From: Eledone cirrhosa | Lineage: Eukaryota | NCBI GenBank assembly: GCA_964016885.1 | Contig: OZ024740.1 | Span: 179,986,001-180,050,000 of the forward strand | Reading direction: 5' to 3' | Length of the DNA stretch: 64,000 bases | Part shown: positions 1 through 11,165 of the stretch, one piece after another | How positions within the stretch are numbered: position 1 is the stretch's first letter | Layout: each line of letters begins with the position of its first letter | The notes under the pieces: generated by a model | Database searches by the model: none | The model's input: only the letters and a program-made list of their open reading frames with translations | What the model was told of the DNA's origin: nothing | Program-made: the position numbers and the translations under genes

Positions 1-7
1 TGTTCGC

Positions 8-9
<2 letters not shown>

Positions 10-72
<63 letters not shown>
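10..72. repeat. (TA)n microsatellite, one of dozens in the window; these account for all the YIYI-type ORFs
   Basis: Direct reading of the sequence. Confidence 0.99.
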
Positions 73-76
<4 letters not shown>

Positions 77-857
77 TGTAAGTCTGAAGAACTATTAGAT
101 AACGTATATACTGTAATTCTTCACCTAATCACTATAAATAAACCACATAAAAACCATTTAAACGAGGCTATATGTTTAAAATGTACTTATGAAGAAATAA
201 TAGACAAATGATACACATTATCTTCCGCGATGTACAGCCATATGACATGTATTCAACCAGCCTACTCGCCGACAGGCACCAATCACTAATGTTCTGCTTT
301 GACAGCTGGCCACGTGATGGTTCTTAGCCATTTTGAATTCATTTCTGGCGGGGATCATGGTAGAAAAAAACAGTCCAGTCTGAGCTATCTTCTGAAGAAT
401 TCCAAGCCTCGTGGATGTATCCAAGATCGGGTATATCCAAAACGTGGAACGAATCTACCGGTTGGTCGGGACTAGAGGAATTTTGGTAAAGTTTATGTGC
501 ATATTTATTCAACCTTCTATTTTGTACCTAACTCCGTGCAGTTAACTATTTGTCTAGTCAATTTCTACAGGCTAAAATAAATAATTAAATAATTGTCATA
601 TCGCGGAAGATAATGTGTATCATTTGTCTATTATTTCTTCATAAGTACATTTTAAACTTATAGCGACGTTTAAATGATTTTTTATGTGGTTGATTGATAC
701 TGATTAGGTGAGGAAAGACAGTATATATTGTATCTAATAGTTCTTCAGACTTACAATTTTTATATATAGCTCTGATTAATGACTATTTGCTTAATTAATT
801 CTTCATTGAGCCACACCGTGAAAGGTTGCCAAACTCATATATATATATGTGACTATC
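73..857 (+). mobile_element. Head-to-head inverted mini-element in (TA)n, probably PLE 3'-end derived; same family as 7677-8157
   Basis: Arms about 73-230 and 600-759 are reverse complements; extra tail 760-857 on the right only; arm and tail both resemble 7677-8157 on the opposite strand. Confidence 0.7.
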
Positions 858-859
858 TC

Positions 860-894
<35 letters not shown>

Positions 895-3555
895 ACCCCT
901 TTGAATATATACATATATATATAACACGCGCGTGTGTTTGTGTTCGTATCTTTTATTCCAGTCAATGATGTCTTATCAAATATTTGTTCTCTAAAACTGA
1001 TTCTGCTCTTAGAATTATATAGATTTCTGCTTCAGTTATATATCGAAAACCATGGTTGTATTTCTTGGTTAATACCTTTCGTTTGAGGGGATATTCAACA
1101 GCACATCCCACATAAATATCATATGAAACAATTATGCCAATTTCTCATGACTGAGATATAATTATTAACAAGGAAATTGTTATTATGTATACTAAGCGTT
1201 GATGCAACACTAGCGAGAACTAAAAATAATTTAGCATATTATTTATATTGTACACAATGCGGATGAATATTTTCTTATATAGAATGTTAAATACCGTTGA
1301 AAATATCAATCGTTCTTTTTAAATGCCACACCATATATGATCATAATATACAAACCGCTATTACGTAATGTGTACACAGACTCAGGGGTAATTCTCTGCA
1401 TTTTGACAGCCATGTATCCGGTTTTAATTTTCAGTATAGGGTAGCTCATATGAATTTCTTTTATGAACATCCATTCTTAGTTTTTAAAATATATAAACAA
1501 ATGTTAAGTAGCAGATTATATCAACTCCTGACAGTAAACTAATTTTCTTGATCAGATTCACACAAAAGATGAATATAAGCGACAGCATCAACATTTCATA
1601 ATACATAAGAAATAAAGATTTATGGAGTATAAAACTGATTATTTTGCTACAAATGATAGAAAGTTTGTGTTAAACAGTATAATAATTGTTCTCCTTTAAT
1701 TTGTTTTGAGAAAATGTTATTACTTTCGGAGAAAAGAGGACACTTTAAGCTGGAATAGAATGAAAAGAATATAAAGATGATAAATACACGCTAGAAGCAA
1801 ACAAATATTTATAATTACATAGAGATATAAATAAATAAGTTGAAGCGAATCTAGAAATTATAAATGGTCATTTTAGTGACAGCAGAATTGGAAAATATAT
1901 ATTTATGGTCATGTTCCTAACTCTGGTTGAAATGTAATTGGTTAATAAAAGGTGATTTATTAAAGATACATTCTATACAATACTCATAGTTTATAAATTA
2001 CTAATTTCCACATCATTATATATCTATTTTCTCAATTTTAATATTCTAATATATATTTCGAAGAAAATATAGTGGAGTATATCCAGTAATACATTTCAAC
2101 GCGTTGCAGAATTCAGCGCATTGCGGAATTTAATTCCTTAACATACTGAGGCACAGTTTCGGGGTTTACTTGAGGAGATTCCGCAAGTAATTATATAGAC
2201 ACTAGCTGGTTTACCCACTTATAAATATCTGCATATGTCACAAATAATATAGTATATAACGTTGGTTGAGATATAATTAAGTTAGACTTTCAGTCAGGCT
2301 TGTTAGATGATTATAGTTTCACATCTAGTGATTATAATTTCCTCGTATAACAAATATAATTTGAGGCTTCTGCAATGTAAAGATTTGGATCCATTGACAA
2401 ATATATACAAGAGAATAAAATTAGTATTTCGTATTAAATTCAGAAGGGATTTGGGAAGATAATTTCTGTTTCACGGTTAAACGAGTGAAAGTGAAAATTA
2501 CGGAGGAGTATCAGGTGACTTTACCGATTGGTTAACGATGATAAAATATGAAATCCTAATTTAAGATGGCTTTGTAAAGAATAATTACATTACGACGCAC
2601 TTGGTTCTTCGTGTCTTCGGATTTCAAAAAGAACTCCGACATTCTCTATAAAAAAGGAATTTTGTTGAATTTCTAGCGTGAGATGAAAATAAGTGAGTAA
2701 ATTCTAATGTATATTAGGGGACGTTGAAATTATAATTAAATACAATGCGTTCATCCCTATACAGTGAAACCTTACAGATACATTGGTTAACGGGATACCT
2801 GTACAATTTTAGATTTGGTAACGTGATGTGGGATGTGTCAGGGTATTCGATGCAGTATAAAAGGAAAGCTGATTAACTGGCGTCCTAACTGATTTACTGG
2901 TAAAAGTAGAAACAGTTTGGAAAAAAGGTATGATTATGTCATAGTAAACTGACGATGATTTAAATAGAAATAAATACACTAAATTTACTAGTAATAAAAT
3001 ACGACACTAAATGTTAGTTTATCAATATTTTCTTGGTATTTATAGAATTTACAGTTGATACATTGCGTATAAAATATTTATAATTTGTCAAGTTAATATT
3101 CATGATGTTAAACTTCCAAGGGTACAGTTTGCTAATGCAAAGTAAAATGGAACATCAATAATAGTGTCATATTTGACGTATAAGTGTATAATAAGTGGTT
3201 ATTTCAATTCGAGAAAGCTAATAGTGACATTTTATATACGATTTTTCGTGTTGGCTGAGAAATGTCATTAAAACCTAAATCATGCTAGAAAAGTTGAAAC
3301 GATATACCTTACGATAATAGTCAAATATAATGAATGTTCTTTCAATTAAACATCATATATTACATCATGAAAAATGAATATGATGATACTCTTGTCAAAT
3401 TAGACTAAGATTATTTGCCAAAATATATTTTACAAAAATGCAATAGTCAAAATTTATTTTGACATATATTTGCATAGGAGGTATGTAGAATTTAAGTAAA
3501 AACTGAGGAGGGATTAACATATAGAAAACCTACAAGTAAATGGACGATGCGTACT

Positions 3556-3727
3556 AATAATTGTTTCTACTTGTTGGCACAATGCCAGCAATTATTCCAG
3601 TGTATGGTACTTTATTTTATCGACCCCGTAAGGATGAAAGGCAAAGTTAACCTCAGCGGGATTTGAACTCAGACCACAAGGGGCCGTAACTCTTTGCTGC
3701 CAATCGATACTGCCAATCGACCGCCCT
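3556..3727 (-). mobile_element. tRNA-derived SINE with MetaSINE-like core
   Basis: Minus strand has A-box-like TGGCAGTATCG, B-box GAGTTCAAATCCC and core GCCTTTCATCCT..GGGGTCGATAAAATAAAGTACC; tactaataat repeated at 3552-3561 and 3734-3743 (TSD). Confidence 0.85.
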
Positions 3728-3737
3728 TGCTTTTACT

Positions 3738-3917
3738 AATAATGATTTCTAGTATAGGCACAAGGCCAGTAATTTGGGGGGAGGGGAAAGTCGATTAAAT
3801 GGACCCAATTGCTAACTTAATCTCAACAGGATTTGAACTCAGAACGTAAAGGAACGTAACTCTATGCTGCAAAGCATGGTGTCCGACTCTCTACCGATAC
3901 TGCCAATCTACCGCCCC
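3738..3917 (-). mobile_element. tRNA-derived SINE, second copy with partial core deletion
   Basis: Homologous head (GGCGGTAGATTGGCAGTATCGGTAG, GAGTTCAAATCC) and tail (GGCCTTGTGCC). Confidence 0.8.
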
Positions 3918-3921
3918 CCTC

Positions 3922-4136
3922 TTTTACATTAGGTACAAGGCCTGTAATTTGAATTGAAAAGGAATGTTAATTAAATTGACGCCATTACGTTACTGGTGTA
4001 TTATTTACTCGATCCAGTAAGGAAAAAAAGGCAAAGCTAACATTGACGTAATTTGAACTCAAAATCTAAAGATCCGTAATTTTATACCATAAACAAGCTA
4101 TCCGATGCTCTAACGCTACTACCAAACCACTGTCCT
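3922..4136 (-). mobile_element. tRNA-derived SINE, older third copy
   Basis: Diverged homology to the two adjacent copies (atttgaactc, ggcaaag, acaaggcc on the plus strand). Confidence 0.7.
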
Positions 4137-5583
4137 AATCAATGCTATTGATTATAATCATCCAAATAAAGAACAAATTTCAATATTTAGACGGACCGTT
4201 TGAAAACCTGAAAGCGTGGTTTTTATTTTGGTCATCAAATAGGAAAAACAATTTTGTTTATTAAACTGCAATGTTATGAATCAACTTAATATCATACATA
4301 AAAGTTGGTATGTTTGGATTCAGACATAAAATATCTCTGGATGTTGGTGTTGCTACCGTTGGCCTATATATATAGTGATGAACTCTCAATGGTCCGATTC
4401 ACTTGCTGAAGTAAAATAGAGAACTCAATTTCGTATCACCTAGTATAATATGAATTGAATTGAGTACAGAACAGCCATTGGGATAAAATTAATTTAATTA
4501 ACGCTGCTTTTGCTTCAAATCTGGTTCCTTTACATGGTAAAACTATATTTATTGTATTAACACAACATACGATTTTTGCCTTATGAACCGTTCATCCATA
4601 TCAGAAAGATGAAAGTTGTTGAGGTTTCAGAAGAAGGTTTATACAGTAGGTATGTGTGTTTACATGCATACATTTATATGTATGAGTATACAAATAAAAA
4701 CGTGCAAACACAGACAAACTATCATAAGTACACACTCAGATATATATTCACACAAACACACGCATACGTTCTCTCAAACACACACACATACACAGCATAA
4801 CAAATATAACGCCAGCCGTTATTTTGGTTGTTTTTTTTACTAACCCCTGCCTTCCTTTTACACACATACACCCACGCAGGCAGCAGACGTAAAGAGAGAG
4901 GAGTAGTATGAGGTAGTGAAACTACTTCTCTCACTTTACGTGTTGTAACAGAATCACATAAATTTATATATACAAACTACCCCTATTACATGTTCGGAAG
5001 TCTTGAACGCCCGCCATTTATCTCAATAGCTATCAGAGATATTAAAGGCATATACTAATTCTGCTCTTAATTATATGCTTTCAATTTATATGCAGATTCG
5101 GAAACTGTTGGAACTAACAGGCATATTCATCGCAAATCACAACATACAATGTAAATGTTTTTTTAATCAAAGCTTCAATACCAGTTACTCTAATACTTTC
5201 ATAATAAATCTTCTGTGGACCCAAAGCAAAGCAATACATCATAGTTTAAAATGGTCTGCGCTCCGAATGAGGTTAAGGTAGTACCTTATTTGTACTTGCT
5301 GTTTACTAACCTGAATTGTTCGTATTTTGATAAACGGTTTTCTTTAAAGTGGAATAATCCGTGCAGAAATCGCAAAAATAAGAGTAAGGGAATTCGAAAC
5401 GCCAATTTGTAACGGGGTTACAGCGTCCATTCACGTATAATTTCTCCTTGCAATAAATGGCTATTAATGCAAAAATACATGCAAAAAGATAGACACCTAT
5501 TTATCTACCAATCAGTCTATCTATCTATCTACCTATCTATCTTCCTATCTCTTCGTATATATATATATTTATATATATATATT

Positions 5584-5655
<72 letters not shown>

Positions 5656-5791
5656 AAAGTTGTCCCACACAAGTCAATTCACTTTTTCCGAGAACAATTG
5701 TTTCACCTTAGTCGGATCATGAGGACTACTGTGTGCTCTACTACTACGAATATAACACATCAGTGTTCTACACATCTTCAGCACCGGTCAG

Positions 5792-5937
<146 letters not shown>

Positions 5938-6670
5938 ATATATATATAATTATATATATATATATATATATATAGAGTATATGATGTATTGCTTTGCTTT
6001 GGGTCCACAGAAGAATATACGTTAAAATAGATATATGTGATTACATATATATTTGATTTTTTTAGTTAATTCTATTGACTGATTAATCGCTTAACTGTAT
6101 TTCAGAAACTACTCGGTCGAGAGCTTAATTCGTTTTGTGCTATTTTTGCAAATTTTTGAAATGTCTACACATACTGAATTCATTTGCCAAAACTAGGGGT
6201 TTTCTCCTCTTTGGAATTCACATGTGCTTTCGAACACTGTGAGACCCTGGCGCACACAGAACAAAATACCTCTCCAGAAAGTAATATCCTTGTTCGATCA
6301 TTATACCAAAACCTTATTATCTTTTATAAGCAGACAGTATTATTGATTTAAATGTCGCAAAAACCCTATATCTGATTTGACCATAATTTCCAGGGTTGGG
6401 GTAAATATTTCACTCATATCTTATTTTGTTCAACCCGCTTACCTTGGACACTTTTTTAGCTTAGGTGGTTGATGGCTTCTTAACCATCGTCTCAGTTTTG
6501 GATGGCTTTTTTAACTTATGTTTAAGACTCTGGCATCTTTATATCCATTGAGCGCTCGCCAACACAATTTGGAAGGTGCGTTTCGCTAATTTCTACTCGC
6601 CGAAATGCGATTCTCGCTAAATTTATATTTATATATATAAACACACACACACGCCCCCCCCCCCCCCCCC

Positions 6671-6702
<32 letters not shown>

Positions 6703-6713
6703 CGCACACACAT

Positions 6714-6776
<63 letters not shown>

Positions 6777-6781
<5 letters not shown>

Positions 6782-6968
6782 AAGGAATTGTGGTAAGGAA
6801 CCAGATGGGCCATATCGCACAAGAGTACTCAATACTTAGTGTATTAGAGTGGGATATACGAAAAAGTGTGACCCTGACGGCAGAGCTCAAACTGTTTCGA
6901 CGGCTATTTCTGGACTCAGAAATGCCTGTCGAAACGGCTTCAGCTCTGCCGTCGGGGTCAGACTTTTT

Positions 6969-6972
<4 letters not shown>
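6777..6972. mobile_element. Palindromic mini-element made from the 3' end of the Naiad-like PLE family at 46421-49310
   Basis: Arms about 6854-6912 and 6917-6972 are inverted and match 49258-49310; tail 6777-6853 on the left only; (TA)n on both sides. Confidence 0.85.
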
Positions 6973-7009
<37 letters not shown>

Positions 7010-7015
<6 letters not shown>

Positions 7016-7100
7016 ATGCTTTGGGAGGGTCATGTTGCCAATAAGAAACACAGCACCAGTTCCTTTCACTCCAATTTATTATAAATTAAATTCATAAACG
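7010..7100 (-). mobile_element. 3'-end fragment of the PLE family at 43446-44705
   Basis: Close match to 43446-43535 (ttgttat.ctttgggag.gtcatgttgc.aataagaaacac). Confidence 0.85.
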
Positions 7101-7112
7101 AAATATATATAT

Positions 7113-7590
7113 ATATATGAATGTATGTATAGTGTATTGGGCTCTATACCGTATGTGTAATTAAAAACATTTTGAAGAACATACGCTATCGGTTTTAAAG
7201 TAGTGACTATGTCACTTACTTCTTTTCGGCGAAAGGTGACAGAGAAGCTAATGGAAGTCAGTCCCTCAAAAGTTAAGTGATTTGCTGGACCGGTAATCAC
7301 TGTATAATCAGCCCCTGATTATTACTGGAATTCAATAAGAATCCAACTTCTATAATTTTCGGCGGAAGCAGGGAATGCGTGGCTCTGATGATCTCCAAAC
7401 AGCGTGAAACACACTGTTAACTTCTCTCCCTTCTTTCACCGAAAAGAAGTAAGTGACATAGTCACTACTTTAAAACCGATAATGTATGTTCTTCAAAATG
7501 TTTTTAATTACACATACGGTATATTGCCAAATATCCTATACATACATTCATGTATACATCGCTATTTCAGAGCACCAATCCTAATACCAT

Positions 7591-7598
<8 letters not shown>
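7113..7598 (+). mobile_element. Head-to-head inverted mini-element in (TA)n with HHR remnant
   Basis: Arms about 7113-7251 and 7417-7558 are reverse complements; tail 7559-7598 on the right; (TA)n flanks. Confidence 0.8.
7382..7421 (+). ncRNA. Degenerate type-I hammerhead ribozyme
   Basis: gct-CTGATGA-(weak stem II)-GAAA-cacactg-TT-aac; the inverted arm reads agc at the stem I position. Confidence 0.45.
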
Positions 7599-7655
<57 letters not shown>

Positions 7656-7676
7656 TAAAGATTTACATATACATAA

Positions 7677-8155
7677 AGTCACAGATATATATGTGGCAAC
7701 CGGTCACGTTGTGGCTCAATGAAGAATTAATAAATTAAATAATCAGAGCAATATATCATATATCATGTCCTTAGAATTATTAGATAAAATATATACCATT
7801 TCCTCTCCCAATTAGCATAATTAACCATATAAAAAATCAATTAGACCAGGCTATAATAATAAAGGCCCCTATGAAGAAATATTTGATAAATAACCGAAAG
7901 CGGCCCATTCGCGGGACCCCAATAGAGTATTTACCCAACATTTCAACAGCATGTAGAAACTGACTAAATATACCGTCAACCATACACAATTAGGTGTACA
8001 TTTAAACGAAGAAACGTGTACATACCGTAATTACATCTCTACCATGGAGCCGTTATTCTTTATAGCCTGGTCTAATTGATTTTTTATATGGTTAATTATG
8101 CTAATTTGGAAAGGAAATGGTATATATTTTATCTAATAATTCTAAGGACATGATT

Positions 8156-8157
<2 letters not shown>
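7677..8157 (-). mobile_element. Head-to-head inverted mini-element, family of 73-857
   Basis: Arms about 7762-7873 and 8043-8154 are inverted; tail 7677-7760 on the left. Confidence 0.75.
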
Positions 8158-8210
<53 letters not shown>

Positions 8211-8213
<3 letters not shown>

Positions 8214-8592
8214 GACCGGCGCTACCATATAAACAAACTAGACAACCGCCTAGGGTGCTGATTTCACGAGGCGCATTGCTCCTAATCAACAAGAATTTTG
8301 AAAAATGAATAAATAAACATCGGATGTTTATGGTCGTTTTCATCCTGGTTTATTTCGTACAGGGACAAATAATCGGCTCGATTCAGTTTAAATGAGTGAG
8401 TGAAAATCGCGCGTATACGAAACTTTCAGGACGCAAGTTTGCACGCCTGATCTTATAGACCACGTGTTTTTCCCCACCCCCAAAAACTTATGGATCATTC
8501 CTCTAATGCTGCTATTGCATTGAGGATCCTTCTAACACATCCAGTATCAGTGGCAAGTTGAGAGAGCGGTTTCTCAAACCTCCATCTTATAA
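8211..8592 (+). mobile_element. hAT DNA transposon remnant (left end plus C-terminal dimerisation-domain fragment)
   Basis: Starts CAGGACCGGC...GCCTAGGG; about 8500-8590 translates SNAAIALRILLTHPVSVAS*ESGFSNLHLI, like the hAT motif IALRILLTLPVSVASxERSFSKLKLI. Confidence 0.75.
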
Positions 8593-8597
8593 ATGTT

Positions 8598-9169
8598 ATA
8601 GCCATGTCAGTAGAATGAAGCCTTCATTCTTGCTCTTGTGTTGGCATGTGAACAGAACTGTATACACTAATGTTTCTGGGTATCTCCCTTCATCAGTACA
8701 GCTCACTGTTCACCTGCCTAACTGTCAGAGCTACTGAAAATATATGGTATTTTCAAAAATACACTGTGACTGATCGGTCTGATTTGCATATTAGCAGACT
8801 CGCTGATCAGTCCGATCTGCATATTAGCAGATCCTCTGATCAGCCAGATTTGCATATCAGTTATTATTAATATTCGAAAAACTCAGATTACATTTTCTGT
8901 ATTCAGCCATGGAGAGCGAACATTTTCTGTTTTATTTGAATTTGGCAAAGCCGGCCATGTGTCGCTCGTATACAGGAAACTGAATGGCCAGTCTGCTGAT
9001 ATGCAAATCTGGCTCATTAGTGGTGTGCTAATATGCAGATCTGATTGATCAGCCAGTCTGCTAATACGCAAATCAGGTCGATCAGTCACTTTGTATTTTT
9101 GAAAATAGCATATAATTTACATGCCAACACAAGAGCAAGAATGAAGAGTTCATTCTACTGACATGGCTA
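8598..9169. mobile_element. MITE / non-autonomous DNA transposon with long TIRs and subterminal tandem repeats
   Basis: TAGCCATGTCAGTAGAATGAA ... TTCATTCTACTGACATGGCTA termini flanked by TA; inverted ~33-nt subterminal repeats at 8770-8860 and 8996-9090. Confidence 0.8.
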
Positions 9170-9257
9170 TAAAATTGAGGCATGTTTGCATAATTGCAAA
9201 CGAATCGAATATTATTAATATTCGAAAAACCCAGATTACATTTATTATATATAAATA

Positions 9258-9347
<90 letters not shown>

Positions 9348-9602
9348 TAGAAGGGGTATTTAATTGGTTGGAAGTCCAACAAATAAAAATGTTTATAACT
9401 GATTTACACCACTCAACAGTTTACTGGAGTAAATATTCAATATATATATATATATACATATATATAAGTAGAAGGGGTATTTAACTGGTTGGAAGTCCAA
9501 CAAATATAAATGTTTATAACTGATTTACACCACTCAACAGTTTACTGGAGTAAATATTCAATGATATTAAATAAATGGAAAGTATATTTATAAAACCCTA
9601 TT

Positions 9603-9665
9603 TATTTTATTATATATATTTCAAGGGTACCAATACACATTGATACGCTTTAATCAGATAAAATA
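9603..9665 (-). ncRNA. Type-I hammerhead ribozyme (G8 mutated in this arm)
   Basis: Minus strand: tattttat-CTGATTA-12 bp stem II-GAAA-tatata-TA-ataaaata. Confidence 0.7.
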
Positions 9666-9825
9666 CAAAGTGTGTTTTATAAATAGTGACATACCAATGA
9701 AAATCATATCTTATCGGTTGGAAATTCACTGGATAGTGATATCCATTGATAGTGATATCCAGTGAATTTCCAACCGATAAGGTATAATTTTCATGGGTAT
9801 GTCTCTATTCATTAAACAAACTTTG

Positions 9826-9884
9826 TATTTTATCTGATGAAAGCGTATCAATGTGTCTTAGTACCCTTGAAATATAATAAAATA
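9826..9884 (+). ncRNA. Type-I hammerhead ribozyme (stem III shortened in this arm)
   Basis: tattttat-CTGATGA-stem II-GAAA-ta-TA-ataaaata. Confidence 0.7.
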
Positions 9885-9938
9885 TAATAAAATAAATATG
9901 GTTTTATAAATATAGTTTCCATTTATTTAATATCTTTG

Positions 9939-9969
<31 letters not shown>

Positions 9970-10489
9970 TCAACTATTATGGCTATTGGTGAGATTTGAC
10001 TCTCTATATTTCACTTGCGCACTCACAGAATCACCAATATGATATGGTGAATAGGCAGGTGGGAATCCAGAGTAACGAGGCTTGGCCATAATAAATGAAT
10101 ATTTAAACTCTATTTCTGTATAGAGTTTTCATCCTTACGTCCGTCAATAATTCACGTCATGATAGGTCTTGAATAATCGTCCCCACCCCACACTCACTTT
10201 GACAGATACCCCCGTTAATATTCCATCAACACCCCCCACCCGCTTATTAAATTTTGCTAATCTATCTCCTGCGGAATTATATTATAAGTGATTCATATTG
10301 ATACAGCAGCTGGAGAATCTAATAATAAATTTATTTTACATAAAAAAAAAACATTATACATGACGAAAGAAGAACATTACAAGAAATCCCATATTTACGA
10401 ACGTGCAATATAAAATTACTGATTTCCCAAGCCAACGACCCAGCCCCAATTGTTGCAATCCCTGCTATTATTTGGGACCCGATAAGCCA

Positions 10490-10960
10490 CCAAACTCTCC
10501 TCTTCTCTATGTCTATCACACAAAACCCTTTATTCATACCCCTCTCTGTATCGACTAAAACCAAAATATACCCCTCTGTATATCTTCCACTACATCGCCT
10601 CTCTTATCCCACTCTCTATATCTAAGACTAATACACTCTCTTACACTCTTTAAATCTCCATTTATCTCTCCCAATCCCCCTCTGTATATCAATCACCCCT
10701 AAATTTTCGCCCTCTCTATATCTACTACTAGGCACTCTCCCATTATCCCTGTCTGTATATCTACAACCACCAAATTCTACCCCTCTCTATACACAGTACT
10801 CTCTTCAAATTCTCACTATATCAATTAACACAAAACTCTCCCCTATCTATATCAATTAAAACCAACCTCTCCCCTTCTCTATATCAATTAACACCAAAAT
10901 CTCCCCCTCTCTTTATCTACTGCGCGAAACTCTCGTCCTATCCCACTCTCTATATCAATT
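10490..10960. repeat. Degenerate ~36-nt C/T-rich minisatellite, resuming at 16419-16540 after the LINE
   Basis: Repeated ccctctctatatcaattaacaccaaaatct-like units on both sides of the LINE. Confidence 0.8.
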
Positions 10961-11165
10961 ACCAATTGATATAGACGTGAATTACTTCGCTCCGGATTTT
11001 TACGGATTATTGTCAAAAAAACTGTGAGTTCATTGAACAATTTAATAGCATTGTTTAGTTTAATCCCTTACCTGGGCCTACAGACATTGAGTCAACTAAT
11101 TTTCGCCCCTTTCTGGGGCGAAATTTTCATTTTCATCTCAAAACTGTGTAGACTTTGTATCAGCA

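Larger units (their letters stand above)
9344..9938. mobile_element. Palindromic PLE-type mini-element with an HHR in each arm and a duplicated tail
   Basis: Arms about 9563-9735 and 9756-9934 are inverted; tail 9464-9562 is repeated at 9344-9441; homologous to 60402-60590. Confidence 0.85.

Noticed and set aside
84-205. CTGAAGA...GAAATAATAGAC as a hammerhead
   Set aside because: Stem I is out of register, there is no convincing stem II, and it is on the presumed antisense strand of the arm
4909-4917. TGAGGTAGT matching the let-7 5' end
   Set aside because: It lies in the hairpin loop and the rest of let-7 is absent
8770-8860. ~33-nt repeats resembling a CRISPR array
   Set aside because: Contiguous tandem units without unique spacers, mirrored at the other end of a MITE, in a eukaryotic context with no cas genes
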